DNA from: Nitrospirota bacterium
GTDB taxonomy: Bacteria; Nitrospirota; UBA9217
Direction: 5' to 3'
DNA length: 64,000 nt
Assembly (NCBI GenBank): GCA_963790205.1
Contig: CAWBNQ010000005.1
Coordinates: forward strand, 224,001 to 288,000
Shown here: piece after piece, positions 49,526-59,895 of the stretch
How the letters are laid out: each line of letters begins with the position of its first letter
Numbering within the stretch: position 1 is the first letter of the stretch
Made by a program: the position numbers and the translations under genes
The notes under the pieces: model-generated
What the model was told of the DNA's origin: nothing
Seen by the model: only the letters and a program-made list of their open reading frames with translations
The model's database searches: none

Positions 49526-49983
49526 GTTGTCCTTATCGTAAAGTTTACGGTTATGCTGCCATGTTTTGAGGTCACGAGCACCTGGAACAGCTCCAGCCCG
49601 TCCGTAATAAGGGGAAGCTCGGTGCGGCCTATGGTCACGGGCGGCTGGACCGAAAAAACAAAGCCCTGATCGCAGAGCGCGCTGACGGCATTTCCCGCAA
49701 TCATGTTCGCCAACTCGCCGAGCGTGTCCGCCCCGAGAAGGTCCGTTGACCCGCAGGCAAAACCGTTCATTGCCGTGCAGATTTTCAATGCTGTCGCTGA
49801 GTCCATGTTCAGGATGATGCTCTCTCCTGAATGATCGTAGAGCCCGATGACCACTGAGACGTCGCCGGCAAGCTCATGCCCCCGGAGAAGCGAAACGTCC
49901 CCTTGTCCGACGTCGGACTGAAATACATTTTTCAGAACGCCCATGGTGGACGATACAAACGGCCCGATGTACTCCAGTTTCAT
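49522..49983 (-). CDS. cheX: CheX phosphatase
   Basis: GELANMIAGNA, PP motif; in che cluster. Confidence 0.85.
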   Translation of the reverse strand: MKLEYIGPFVSSTMGVLKNVFQSDVGQGDVSLLRGHELAGDVSVVIGLYDHSGESIILNMDSATALKICTAMNGFACGSTDLLGADTLGELANMIAGNAVSALCDQGFVFSVQPPVTIGRTELPLITDGLELFQVLVTSKHGSITVNFTIRTT

Positions 49984-50387
49984 CGCGGGCCTCCGTTCTC
50001 GCCCCTTACGACGTCGCTGATGACCAGGGTGGCGTAGTCCGGGCTGAACGGCTTCGTCAGGAAGCTCTTGGCCCCAAGTCCGATGGCTTTCCAGACCATT
50101 TCCTTGTTTCCTAGGGAGCTGATGATGACGACTTTGGCATTCAGGTCCCGTTCCATGATTTTTCGGAGCGTGCCGATGCCGTCGAGCCCGGGCATCGTGA
50201 TGTCGAGGAGCACGAGGTCGGGGGAGAGTTTCGCGTAGAGAGCTACCGCATCAATGCCGTTGTTCGCTTCACCAACGACGCTTCCCCCCAAATTTACAAC
50301 GATAGCCGCTATGTTTTTCCTCGCGAACTGAGAGTCGTCCGCTATAAGACAGGTGAAGGTTTCCTGCAGTTCAGTGTTTTGCGACAT
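49980..50387 (-). CDS. CheY-like response regulator
   Basis: ADDS, LDITMP, KPF. Confidence 0.88.
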   Translation of the reverse strand: MSQNTELQETFTCLIADDSQFARKNIAAIVVNLGGSVVGEANNGIDAVALYAKLSPDLVLLDITMPGLDGIGTLRKIMERDLNAKVVIISSLGNKEMVWKAIGLGAKSFLTKPFSPDYATLVISDVVRGENGGPR

Positions 50388-51459
50388 GTGCCGTCTCCTT
50401 TGCCGAAAAATGATTAGTCAGGTATCCTCCCAGGTTTTCGAGAGAAACCACGTCCATAATATGGTTTCGCTCTATTGCGGCCTTCGGCATGCCGAAAACG
50501 ATGCAACTCTTCTCGTCCTGGGCAACGGTCACCCCGCCGTTCGCCCTGATCTCGCCGATCCCGTCGGCCCCGTCCGTTCCCATGCCGGTCATGATCAGAC
50601 CGGCTGCGTTACTGCCGTACTCGGCAGCCACTGAGCGGAACAACACGTCCGCGGAAGGACGGTGCCCGGAGACCGGCGCCGCATCGGACAGAACCGCAAT
50701 GGCGCCCAGGGGCAGCCGCTTTACCTTGAGGTGCCGGTTTCCCGGCGCGATGAGCGCCCTCCCGGGCAGGACGAGATCGCCGTCTTTCGCCTCCTTCACC
50801 TCGATCGATGACAAGGCGTTCAGCCGGGAGGCGAACATTTCAGTAAATCCCGCGGGCATGTGCTGCACGATGAGCACCGCGGCCGGAAAGTCTCCGGGCA
50901 GCCGGGGCAGGAGATACGTCAGAGCGTTCGGTCCTCCCGTGGAGATGCCGATGGCAAGCACCCGTTCAGCCGAACTGATCCGGGCGGGCCGCGCCGTCTT
51001 CCGCGGAAAAGACGCGACAGGCCTCGCATTCACCATAGTCAGTCTCGCCACGGGATTTTCAAAAGCGGACTTCACCTTGGCGATAAGGTCGCCGGCGATC
51101 TCCGCGATATGCACGGAGATGGCGTCCTGCGGCTTCGTTACGTAGTCGAACGCCCCGATCTCAAGCGCCTGAAAAGTAAGTTCCGCGTCCTTTTTCGAGA
51201 GCGAGCTCACCATGATGGTCGGCGTCCCGAACTCCGCCATGATGCGCCGCAGGGTCTCGATGCCGTCCATCCTGGGCATGTCGATGTCGAGGGTGACGAC
51301 GTCAGGCCGCACCTCCCGCATCTTCTTGAGGGCGAAGAGGCCGTCCATGGCAATGCCCGCGACCTCGATCTCCGGATCACGCCGGAGGATGTCTGGGATC
51401 ATTTTCCGCATGAGTGCGGAATCGTCCACCACCAGGACCCGTACCCGTCTTTCCTTCAT
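50371..51459 (-). CDS. cheB: CheB methylesterase
   Basis: REC domain plus STGGP, QHMP, RPSAD, GMGTDG. Confidence 0.95.
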   Translation of the reverse strand: MKERRVRVLVVDDSALMRKMIPDILRRDPEIEVAGIAMDGLFALKKMREVRPDVVTLDIDMPRMDGIETLRRIMAEFGTPTIMVSSLSKKDAELTFQALEIGAFDYVTKPQDAISVHIAEIAGDLIAKVKSAFENPVARLTMVNARPVASFPRKTARPARISSAERVLAIGISTGGPNALTYLLPRLPGDFPAAVLIVQHMPAGFTEMFASRLNALSSIEVKEAKDGDLVLPGRALIAPGNRHLKVKRLPLGAIAVLSDAAPVSGHRPSADVLFRSVAAEYGSNAAGLIMTGMGTDGADGIGEIRANGGVTVAQDEKSCIVFGMPKAAIERNHIMDVVSLENLGGYLTNHFSAKETAHVAKH

Positions 51460-53492
51460 GCCGATGCCTGCCCCTGCCGGTCCTCGTCCACGGCCTTTCT
51501 CGCGACGGCGAGCACATCCAGAATCATGACTATCTGCCCGTTGCCGAGGAGCGCCGCGCCGGCGACGAGCCTGCTCCGCATAGAGAGGTCGTCGATCGCT
51601 TTGATGACCAGTTCCTGCTGCCCAACGAGCCGGTCCACGAGCAGCCCGATTGTCCTGCCGCCCGCTTCAACGACCAGCACGAACTTCTTCCCCTTGCCGC
51701 CGGCGCCCAGCTGGAACAGCTCCTGCACTGAAATAACCGAAATAATCTCGTCCCGAAGCAGGAGCGTTCTTCTTCCGTTTACGGTGACCAGCGCGTCGGT
51801 CGTCACTTTCGCCACCTCGGCAATGACCGAGACCGGCAGCGCGTAGAGCTGTTCGCCGGCCTCGAAGAGGAGGGCCTTGATCACCGCAAGGGTCAGCGGC
51901 AGCCGCAGCCGCATGGTCGTGCCTTTTCCCGGCATCGAGTGGATCTCGACGGTCCCCCGCATATCTTCCACAGCGGATTTTACCGCATCCATGCCGACAC
52001 CTCTTCCCGAGGTGCCGGTCACCTCGTCCGCCGTGCTCAGGCCGCACAGAAAAATGAGGTTCATTGCCTCTGAGTCGGACATGGCCGCGGCCTCTTCCCG
52101 GTCAATAAGTTCCTTCTCTATTGCCTTCTGTTTGAGCTTCCCGATATCGATTCCCGCGCCGTCGTCGGAAGCTTCGATCACGATCATGGATGCTTCATGA
52201 TAGGCCTTGAACGTGATGACGCCCTCCGCGGGTTTGCCCCGAGTGGTCCGCTCGGCGGGCCCTTCGATCCCGTGGTCGATCATGTTCCGGACGATGTGCG
52301 CAAGGGGTTCTCCGAGGCCGTCGACAATCCCCTTGTCCAGTTCCGTTTCTTTGCCGATGATTTCCAGCCTGACCGGTTTCTTCTTCTCCGCCGAAAGGTC
52401 GCGGACCATCTTCGAGAACTTTCTGAATACCTGGTTTACGGGCACCATGCGCATTTTCATGACGCTCTTTTGAAGGTCCGAGATTGTCCGTTCGAGGTGC
52501 GCATGCGCGGCCAGGAGGCGCGACGCCCCGTCGCCCGTAAAGGTCCCGGACGCCATTTCCCGGGCCATCTGCCCGATCATGGAACGGCCGATGATAAGCT
52601 CGCCCGTGAGGTTCATGATCCGGTCCACACGTAAGGTTTCTATTCGGAGAAACTCGCCCCCGGTGGAAGGCGCCGCGGGCGGGCCGAGTTTCAACGCGAG
52701 GGGGGAGAACGGCGCTGCGTCGCCTCCCTCGGGCCGCAGTTCACACGCCGCGCACTCATGCACGCGTACGACGATCTCGCCCGTCATTCCGGCGATTGTC
52801 GTCCCGCGCCGGACCGCGTCGCCGTCTCGATCGGTTGCAAACACGACCGTCATCTTTTGCGCTCTATCTATCTCCTCGCTCTCCACGTCCGGCGAGGCAT
52901 AAATAATCCGACCCATGCCGGCAAGCTGCTGCGCGACCATGCGGGCGGCAACGCTTTTCTCTCCGCACGCGGGATGAAACACAATTTCCAGGTCGTACAC
53001 GAAGAACCCCTTTTGCGCGGCCTCCTGCGCCTGGAGCTCCCCGTATTCGGAAAGGGCAGGAGAAGCAACCGGGGATGCTCCGATTTTATTGACGAGGAAA
53101 CGATCGATTTTGTCGATCATCTCCCCAGCATCCGCGGATTCCCCCGCCTCGCTCTTCGTGAGAAGCGCGTGGACGGCGTCGACGCAGGACAGAAAGAGGT
53201 CGACCGTATCACGGGTGTCATGGGAAGAATCGCCGGGTTCCTCGATAGACGGAACAACATCTTCCATCCGGTGGCAGAGCGCCCCGACGGAAGTAAGACC
53301 CACCGAGTTGGAATCTCCCTTGAGCGTATGGATGTACCGTTTGATCGCCGTGAGGCGGTCGTGATCGGGGGCGTCTTCAAACGCCAACAGCTCGTCCTGG
53401 AGTCTCTCGACGAGCTCATACGCGCCCGCAAAAAAAACTTTTTTCAGCTCCGTCAGTTCGGCGCCGCTCCATTGTTCTATCTTGTTCGTCAT
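51456..53492 (-). CDS. cheA: CheA histidine kinase
   Basis: HTLKG Hpt, RN..DHGIE, DDGAG, SGRGVGMD, CheW-like domain. Confidence 0.95.
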   Translation of the reverse strand: MTNKIEQWSGAELTELKKVFFAGAYELVERLQDELLAFEDAPDHDRLTAIKRYIHTLKGDSNSVGLTSVGALCHRMEDVVPSIEEPGDSSHDTRDTVDLFLSCVDAVHALLTKSEAGESADAGEMIDKIDRFLVNKIGASPVASPALSEYGELQAQEAAQKGFFVYDLEIVFHPACGEKSVAARMVAQQLAGMGRIIYASPDVESEEIDRAQKMTVVFATDRDGDAVRRGTTIAGMTGEIVVRVHECAACELRPEGGDAAPFSPLALKLGPPAAPSTGGEFLRIETLRVDRIMNLTGELIIGRSMIGQMAREMASGTFTGDGASRLLAAHAHLERTISDLQKSVMKMRMVPVNQVFRKFSKMVRDLSAEKKKPVRLEIIGKETELDKGIVDGLGEPLAHIVRNMIDHGIEGPAERTTRGKPAEGVITFKAYHEASMIVIEASDDGAGIDIGKLKQKAIEKELIDREEAAAMSDSEAMNLIFLCGLSTADEVTGTSGRGVGMDAVKSAVEDMRGTVEIHSMPGKGTTMRLRLPLTLAVIKALLFEAGEQLYALPVSVIAEVAKVTTDALVTVNGRRTLLLRDEIISVISVQELFQLGAGGKGKKFVLVVEAGGRTIGLLVDRLVGQQELVIKAIDDLSMRSRLVAGAALLGNGQIVMILDVLAVARKAVDEDRQGQASA

Positions 53493-53863
53493 GCCGAGGC
53501 CCTGTTGCGCCGCGCTTCATAGCGCTGGATTTCCGCCTTAAGCTGCGCGAGCTCAAAGGGTTTGGTTAGGCATCGGATGGCACCGGCCCTGACGGATTCG
53601 GCCATCTCGCCGCTTCCGGCGTTTCCGGAATAGGTGATGGCCGGCACGTCCGGGTCGATCTTTTTTATGATCCTGAGAGCGTTGATGCCGTCAAGTTTCG
53701 GCATTTTGATATCAAGGATAACAAAGTCATGCCTGTTGTCGATAAATCTCAAGACCGCCTCGACGCCGTCGACTGCCATGTCTATGGTGTAGCCGCTTTC
53801 TCTCAACTCGCCAGCAAGCACGCGGCCGAAGTTCTTATCGTCTTCCACAACCAGTATTTTCAT
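53489..53863 (-). CDS. single-domain response regulator
   Basis: ILVVEDD, LDIKMP, KPF. Confidence 0.88.
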   Translation of the reverse strand: MKILVVEDDKNFGRVLAGELRESGYTIDMAVDGVEAVLRFIDNRHDFVILDIKMPKLDGINALRIIKKIDPDVPAITYSGNAGSGEMAESVRAGAIRCLTKPFELAQLKAEIQRYEARRNRASA

Positions 53864-54690
53864 AATTCCTCCGCGGCGGGTTTTTTGTACGCCGTGCCTC
53901 CCTTGTGGTAGATAAATCGAAAGCCCGTGTTCCATCCCTGGAAGCTCTCGGCGTGGCCGATGACAAGATAGCCGCCGGGGTTCAGGCTCTGATAAAATTT
54001 TGCGGCAAGCCGCTTCTGCTCTTCCATGTCGAAATAGATCATGACGTTCCGGCAGAAGATCACGTCGAGGTCCCTGAGGCCGTTGTCGTTCTTGAGGTTA
54101 TGGTAGTCGAAGACGACCATGTTCCGGATTTCGTCCTTCACCAGGGTCATGTCGCCGTTCTTCGAGAAATATCGCGCGATATATGCGTCGTCAACGGTTG
54201 CCATGACCTTATCCAGCGCATATTCGGCCTTGTTCGCCGTCTGGAGCGCCTTCAGGCTCAGATCGGAGGCGAAAATCTTCACGTCACACGCCGGCCGGCC
54301 CTGCAACTCCTGGTGGACGAGCATGGAGATAGTGTACGGCTCCTCCCCCGTGGAACAGCCCGCGGACCAGATTCTGAGCCGCTTCGCGGGATCGGACAGT
54401 TTCTTCGAAAGAATATCACGGAGGACAACCTCACGGAAGAGTTCGAGCTGGGGCCGGTTCCGGAAGAATGAGGTCTCGTTCACGGTCATCGTGTCCAGAA
54501 GCTTGATAAGCTCCTGGCTTCGCTGCTCCGTCACCAGCTTGTAATACCAGTACGGGCTTTGGGTCTTGGTCTCGTTCATCCTCTTGAAGACTCGATTTTC
54601 CAGGAAATCTTTCTTCGTCTCCTTGAAGTAGATGCCCGATTCCTGATAGATGAGGTTCCTGAAGAGCCGGAACTCTTCTTCCGTCAGCAT
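53860..54690 (-). CDS. cheR: CheR methyltransferase
   Basis: NETSFFR, WSAGCSTGEEPY, IFCRNVMIYF. Confidence 0.95.
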   Translation of the reverse strand: MLTEEEFRLFRNLIYQESGIYFKETKKDFLENRVFKRMNETKTQSPYWYYKLVTEQRSQELIKLLDTMTVNETSFFRNRPQLELFREVVLRDILSKKLSDPAKRLRIWSAGCSTGEEPYTISMLVHQELQGRPACDVKIFASDLSLKALQTANKAEYALDKVMATVDDAYIARYFSKNGDMTLVKDEIRNMVVFDYHNLKNDNGLRDLDVIFCRNVMIYFDMEEQKRLAAKFYQSLNPGGYLVIGHAESFQGWNTGFRFIYHKGGTAYKKPAAEEL

Positions 54691-56744
54691 TATGCCACCT
54701 CAACCTGCCGCGGGGCCCCCAGCGCCTTCCGGTCAGCCTTCGTCACGGCCGCACGCGCTGCTGCCCGTTTGACAAGCGGTGCTTCATCCATATACGTGTG
54801 GTCGTCTAGCTTAAACTTGGCGATGACTTGCTGGAACCGCTCGGCCTGGGAATTAAGCTCTTCGGCTGAGGACGCGAGCTCTGTGGTTGCAGATGCGTTC
54901 TGCTGGATCATCTCCCGCATCTTCTCCATCGTCTTCACGGTCTGCTCGGCCGCGGCCGCCTGTTCGTGCGTGGCCGAGGTGATCTCCTGCGTGATCTCGC
55001 GCAGTTCTTCCGCCGCCTTGCCGATCTGGGCGCTCCCGCTGGACTGCTCCTGCGTGGCCGCGCCGATCTCCTTTGTATAACGGTCCACTTCGCCCACGTT
55101 CCCTTCGATGTCCTTTAACGAGCCGCCAACCTGTTGATTCAGCTCCACACCGCGGCCAACCAGCTCTGTGGATTTCTCCATCTGTCGCACTGCTTCCTGG
55201 GCTTCCTTCTGTATGCCGGTGATCAGCTCCGATATTTCCTTTGTGGATTGGGCCGATCGCTCGGCAAGCTTCCGGACCTCCTCGGCCACCACCGCAAAGC
55301 CCATGCCCTGTTCGCCGGCCCGGGCAGCCTCGATGGCCGCGTTCAAGGCGAGAAGGTTGGTCTGCTCGGCGATGTCGTCGATGACATCCACGATCTTACC
55401 GATGTCCTCGGACCGCGAGCCGAGCGCCGCTATCGTATCTGCTGACCTGGTTATGGACCGGTTGATCTCATCGGAACCTTTGAGCGATTTGTCCATTGCA
55501 TCGAGACCCTGGCCGACTGCCTGTTTCGTCTTGACCGACAGCGCCATGAGCTGCTGCGAGGTCTCCGCGATCCGCTGAATGGACGCCACCATCTGTTCGA
55601 TAGACGACGAGGTTTGCGTGACCGACGACGCCTGCGACTGCGTGCTCTTCGCCACATTCTGGATGTTAGCCGACATCTCGTGCATGGTGGAAGTGGTCTC
55701 CTCCACTGCCGTGGCCGAGCTGTCGTTGTTCCGCGCCGACTGCTCGGCCGTGGACGCGATCTGGGCCGAGGCCGAGGCGATCTGATCGGCACCCCCCCTG
55801 ATTTCTCCGATCGTCGCCCGCAGCCCGATGATCATCTTCTTGAAGGCATTGCCGAGCACATCCTTTCCCGACTTGGGTTCGATATCGCTCCGGAGGTCGC
55901 CGTCGGCAATCTCCTCGGCGGTTTTCGCCACCGACCGTAAATAAGCCATCATCTGGCGAAACGTCTCGGCCAGAGTTCCGATCTCGTCCGTGCTGTGGAT
56001 CGCGATCTCATGGGAGAGGTCTCCTTTTGCGGTTGCGTCAGCAACGTTCACAATGTCTTTGAGCGGCGTCGTTATGGCGCGAATGATGATCCATGCTATA
56101 AAGACCGCAAGCCCGATACCGCCCAGGATGATGAGCACAGAGTTTCGGAGGACGGTTGCAAACGCTTCCGCCGATTTTTTCGTTACTTCTGCGAACATCA
56201 CTGATTCCTGCTTCCGCGTGTTCTCGGCTACCAAGTCGATAAGTTCCGTCGGTTCCCGGTCGATTCCCCTCACCTTGGCGTCCACAACGCGGAAGCTCTG
56301 CATATTGCCTGAACGATAGCTATTCAGCGCCTCGTGGTATTTCTCACCCAACAGAGCGTGAGTTTTCAAAAAATCATCCAGTTTAGCCGTGTCGATGTTG
56401 AGCTTTGCCAGAGATTCCATCAGGTCTTTCCCGCGAGACTGCACCTCGGCTTCCTTTTTCAGGAAATTATCATGGTACTTTGCAAACAGCGCGGGATCGT
56501 TGCCCCGCAGGAGTGTGTCTTTCCACTCCTGCACCTGTTTCTTGAACGCGATTTCGAGGTCGTCGGCATCGCCGGCGGTCCGCGTAAAGGCTTTGGCCAG
56601 TTCCAAGTTCGAATTCAGAAGCTTATTCGTCTCTGAAACGTTGTGGAGGAGATAGCTCCCGGTGACCACGATCAAGAGGGTCATCAGGCCGGTCAAAACC
56701 GCCAACTTTCCCCCGATCTTCATGTTTTTGAATAGCTCTTTCAT
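54690..56744 (-). CDS. methyl-accepting chemotaxis protein
   Basis: Two TMs, HAMP, IAEQTNLLALNAAIEAARAGE.G.GFAVVAEEVRKLA. Confidence 0.95.
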   Translation of the reverse strand: MKELFKNMKIGGKLAVLTGLMTLLIVVTGSYLLHNVSETNKLLNSNLELAKAFTRTAGDADDLEIAFKKQVQEWKDTLLRGNDPALFAKYHDNFLKKEAEVQSRGKDLMESLAKLNIDTAKLDDFLKTHALLGEKYHEALNSYRSGNMQSFRVVDAKVRGIDREPTELIDLVAENTRKQESVMFAEVTKKSAEAFATVLRNSVLIILGGIGLAVFIAWIIIRAITTPLKDIVNVADATAKGDLSHEIAIHSTDEIGTLAETFRQMMAYLRSVAKTAEEIADGDLRSDIEPKSGKDVLGNAFKKMIIGLRATIGEIRGGADQIASASAQIASTAEQSARNNDSSATAVEETTSTMHEMSANIQNVAKSTQSQASSVTQTSSSIEQMVASIQRIAETSQQLMALSVKTKQAVGQGLDAMDKSLKGSDEINRSITRSADTIAALGSRSEDIGKIVDVIDDIAEQTNLLALNAAIEAARAGEQGMGFAVVAEEVRKLAERSAQSTKEISELITGIQKEAQEAVRQMEKSTELVGRGVELNQQVGGSLKDIEGNVGEVDRYTKEIGAATQEQSSGSAQIGKAAEELREITQEITSATHEQAAAAEQTVKTMEKMREMIQQNASATTELASSAEELNSQAERFQQVIAKFKLDDHTYMDEAPLVKRAAARAAVTKADRKALGAPRQVEVA

Positions 56745-56800
56745 GATATTTTCTCCTTGTATGTTATAATTAACGTCTGTCCGTCCCTTACCCGTTTGCT

Positions 56801-57283
56801 TCATGCGGCGGCGGGATTCGTTGCTTGCTCCACGGTAGAAACGACTTTCTTCATCTCTTCGATGCTCAGTATTTTTTTTATGTCCAGAAAGATGAGCAGC
56901 CGTTCTCCCGCTTTTGCCACACCAGTGATGTATTCGATGCCCACGGCGGCGATCATCTCAGGCGGCGGTTCCACGGCCTCGGCGGGGAGCTTACGGACTT
57001 CGGAGACCGCGTCCACCAACAGCCCGATGACACGCCCCCCGTTCTCCGCGACAAGCACCCGCGAGGACTTCGTCCGTTCCGCGCTCGGCAAACGCAGCCG
57101 CTTCCGCAGATCGACGAGCGGCACGATCTTCCCCCTAAGGTTGATCACCCCCTCGAAAAAGTCGGGGGCGTCCGGAACGCTCGTCACCTCGGGCACCTTT
57201 ACGATCTCCTGGACCACGTCAATGGGCACGCTGTAAAACTCCTTGCTGATGCAAAACACCACTACCTGAATATTCTTGGCCAT
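56801..57283 (-). CDS. cheW: CheW
   Basis: GVINLRGKIVPLVDLR, GLLVDAVSEV. Confidence 0.95.
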   Translation of the reverse strand: MAKNIQVVVFCISKEFYSVPIDVVQEIVKVPEVTSVPDAPDFFEGVINLRGKIVPLVDLRKRLRLPSAERTKSSRVLVAENGGRVIGLLVDAVSEVRKLPAEAVEPPPEMIAAVGIEYITGVAKAGERLLIFLDIKKILSIEEMKKVVSTVEQATNPAAA

Positions 57284-57359
57284 TTGGTATCTCCAGTTTA
57301 TAAAGCCCTAACTTATCAACAGGGGGGCCAAATCGTTAGCTGGTCCTGTGCTTGACTCC

Positions 57360-57677
57360 TTACCTCGCCTTTTCCAATGTTTTCTCCACTCCGAGTCGTG
57401 TGTGCGAAAATCCGAGCGGGGACGATTCTTGTTCTCTTTTCACGAGGTTCATAAAATCGCATCTCCAGCAGTTGAGAAGCTTCTGCGCGTATGTTCCCTG
57501 GACTTTCCCGCCACAGAGAGATCCTGCTACGACCCAGCATGCCCTTCCAGCTTTTTTCCCATCATGGGCGCCCTCGAACTCTTCATATTCGGAAACCGGG
57601 CACACTCCGAGTTCCTGCGCTTTCCGCCCTCCGGGCTCCCTTCCACAGCTTTTATATTCCCAGCAATTCTTCTTCAC
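57360..57677 (-). CDS. two-CW domain protein
   Basis: NCWEYKSCGRE, CP, GRACWVVAGSLC, CWRCDF. Confidence 0.82.
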   Translation of the reverse strand: MKKNCWEYKSCGREPGGRKAQELGVCPVSEYEEFEGAHDGKKAGRACWVVAGSLCGGKVQGTYAQKLLNCWRCDFMNLVKREQESSPLGFSHTRLGVEKTLEKAR

Positions 57678-57801
57678 CGTAAATAACCTCCTCGAGATAA
57701 TTTATTGTTTATCCATGAGCCTTGCTCCACGCCGATGTTATCATCAGGAGAATAATAATTCCAAGCTACGCTTTGAATATTCTTAACCGTTTGGCCTGCG
57801 G

Positions 57802-58209
57802 TCACTGAGGTTTTGTCTTGAGGAACGCGCCGAGCCGCGTGTCCACCTCGCGGATGTGATGCACGAACCAGCGCACCACGAGCTGATTCGTTGCAATTAC
57901 CGTATGGACGCCCGCGCCTTCGGCTTCTATTCTTTTTTTCAGGTCCGCGAATTTTCTTTTGAAATCCTCGTGCTGCGCCTTATGGGCTTCGTATTCGGGG
58001 TAACCGTACTGAATCATGCATTTCTCTTCCGCACGGAAATGGGTCATAACGTAATCTTCCAAAAACACCACGACGTTGCCCATCTCCTGCTTTCCCTTGC
58101 CTTCCTTGCACGCGTCCAGCATGCCGTTGATCCTGGCGAAGATAGTTTTGTGCTGATCATCTATTTCGTTCGATCCCGTCGATAAATCCGTTGTCCATTG
58201 TATTGCCAT
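57802..58209 (-). CDS. bacteriohemerythrin
   Basis: IDDQHK, HFRAEE, HKAQH, WFVHHI...D. Confidence 0.93.
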   Translation of the reverse strand: MAIQWTTDLSTGSNEIDDQHKTIFARINGMLDACKEGKGKQEMGNVVVFLEDYVMTHFRAEEKCMIQYGYPEYEAHKAQHEDFKRKFADLKKRIEAEGAGVHTVIATNQLVVRWFVHHIREVDTRLGAFLKTKPQ

Positions 58210-58229
58210 ATGTGTCTCCTTAGTCTTCT

Positions 58230-58646
58230 TCAATCGCTTATGCCGGGTTCCGTATGCTGTTTCGCCGCCCCATCGAGCGCCGCCGCTACGGCCCGTCTCA
58301 ATTCGTTCACGCCGACCGGCTTTAACATATACTCCACGATCCCAAGGCTGAGCGCCTTCTGATAGATCTCGCTTCTTATGTCAATGGAACACATAATCAC
58401 CGGGACCGTCGGGGCATGCTTCTTCAGTTGTGTGACGAGTTCCAAACCGTTCATGCCGGGCATGCGGTAATCAGTGATTATCACGTCCGCGTTGATCCCC
58501 TCGTGGATCGCAATCAGGGCGGACTGTCCATCCCGGCAGGTAATAACCGTATAGTCTGACGTGTTCAATATCTCTTCATAACACTGCAAGATAATAGGAT
58601 TGTCATCCACGACAAGTACGGTCTTCAATGAATCGGCCCTCCACAA
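58230..58646 (-). CDS. single-domain response regulator
   Basis: VLVVDDN, TDYRMP, KP; start uncertain. Confidence 0.85.
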   Translation of the reverse strand: MWRADSLKTVLVVDDNPIILQCYEEILNTSDYTVITCRDGQSALIAIHEGINADVIITDYRMPGMNGLELVTQLKKHAPTVPVIMCSIDIRSEIYQKALSLGIVEYMLKPVGVNELRRAVAAALDGAAKQHTEPGISD

Positions 58647-58710
58647 AATATAAAGTCGTATCGGTCCATCCTGATAAATGCCCCGCTACGATACTGCTGC
58701 GGATTTCTAA

Positions 58711-58814
58711 AGCAACCGCGATGCCAGAACGGAACCCATTAATTTATAAGGGATAAAATCCTTGGGAAGATGGATTTGCAGGTTAATCTTACCGATGGAA
58801 AGATAAATTTTACC
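58711..58814 (-). promoter_or_regulatory. sigma54 promoter with tandem upstream palindromes (copy 1)
   Basis: TGGCAT-N5-TTGCT at 58711-58726; GGTTAATCTTACC 58781 and GATAAATTTTACC 58802. Confidence 0.8.
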
Positions 58815-59016
58815 GATTAGGAACAGATTGACGCATACTTCAATCGGCCAAAATGAATGAGGCGAGAGAGCCCTGGGGTCGCTCAGATCACAGTGTAAAT
58901 CTTCTGCATATCAATGTGGCAGATACGGCTTCCGATCTTAAGAAAAACCGCCGTAGTTCTGGCACAGCGTAATGATGACGCTGTTGCAAACTGTCGAACG
59001 TCATAATTGTCGCCCG

Positions 59017-59511
59017 TTATTGTGCTATCATAAATGCCTGATTCTTGGCTTTGCAGACCGGGCACCCATGCGGTGCTTCTCCCTCGATTGTATAACCGCA
59101 GAATTGGCAGACATAATAGTCGGCATCATTGTTTGAGCCCAGTTCCTCAAGCGCCTTCTTATACAGCGCCGCATGGATCTTTTCCACTTCGTTCGCGTAG
59201 CTGAAAGATCTTAGGGCGTTGTCGTACCCCTCTGACTCGGCGTCGGAGATCATGTGGGGATACATCATTTTGAACTCGATGATTTCTCCGTTGATAGCGG
59301 CCTGCAGATTGTCCATTGTTGAATTAATGCCGCCGAGCTCCTTCAGGTGATTGTGGGCATGAATGGTCTCGGCAGCGGCCACTGCCTTGAAGAGCTTGGC
59401 AACCTGTCTGAAACCTTCCGCCTCGGCCCTTTTCGCAAAGGACAGGTATTTCCTGTTTGCCTGGGATTCGCCGGCAAAAGCGTCCTGTAGATTTCGCTCT
59501 GTTTTCGACAT
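59017..59511 (-). CDS. rbr: rubrerythrin
   Basis: AFAGESQANRKY, ETIHA, EKIH, CQFCGY...CPVC. Confidence 0.93.
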   Translation of the reverse strand: MSKTERNLQDAFAGESQANRKYLSFAKRAEAEGFRQVAKLFKAVAAAETIHAHNHLKELGGINSTMDNLQAAINGEIIEFKMMYPHMISDAESEGYDNALRSFSYANEVEKIHAALYKKALEELGSNNDADYYVCQFCGYTIEGEAPHGCPVCKAKNQAFMIAQ

Positions 59512-59599
59512 CAGTATGAATCTCCTTTCTCTCCACGTACGCTGTTCAGAAACCGTTCCGCAATTACTGTGCAAAGCCAGTCGGTTCTGGGCTGTTCTC

Positions 59600-59672
59600 T
59601 AAGGAGGAAGCGGCGACCATCCTGTTTTTCCCCTCCCGCTTCGCCAGGTACAGCGCATCGTCGGCCACCTTG
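59600..59672 (-). pseudogene. GGDEF C-terminal remnant
   Basis: Reads LKVADDALYLAKREGKNRMV. Confidence 0.6.
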
Positions 59673-59783
59673 AGATAAATATAGGTTCTCATATGGTCTT
59701 CAATGCGTCTGCCCTCAAAAAATCATTAAACCTTATCGCTCCGACCAGGTCGTTTCTCAGTTCATTCTTTTACGGATTTATAT

Positions 59784-59887
59784 CGCAAGAGCTGTGCCAG
59801 AATGGAACATTTTGATTTTCAGTGAGATTGGGACTTGAGAAGACGCATTCGCAGGTTGGTCTTACCGATGGGAAGGTAATTTGTACC
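59784..59887 (-). promoter_or_regulatory. sigma54 promoter with tandem upstream palindromes (copy 2)
   Basis: TGGCAC-N5-TTGCG at 59784-59799; GGTTGGTCTTACC 59854 and GGTAATTTGTACC 59875. Confidence 0.8.
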
Positions 59888-59895
59888 GATAAAAA

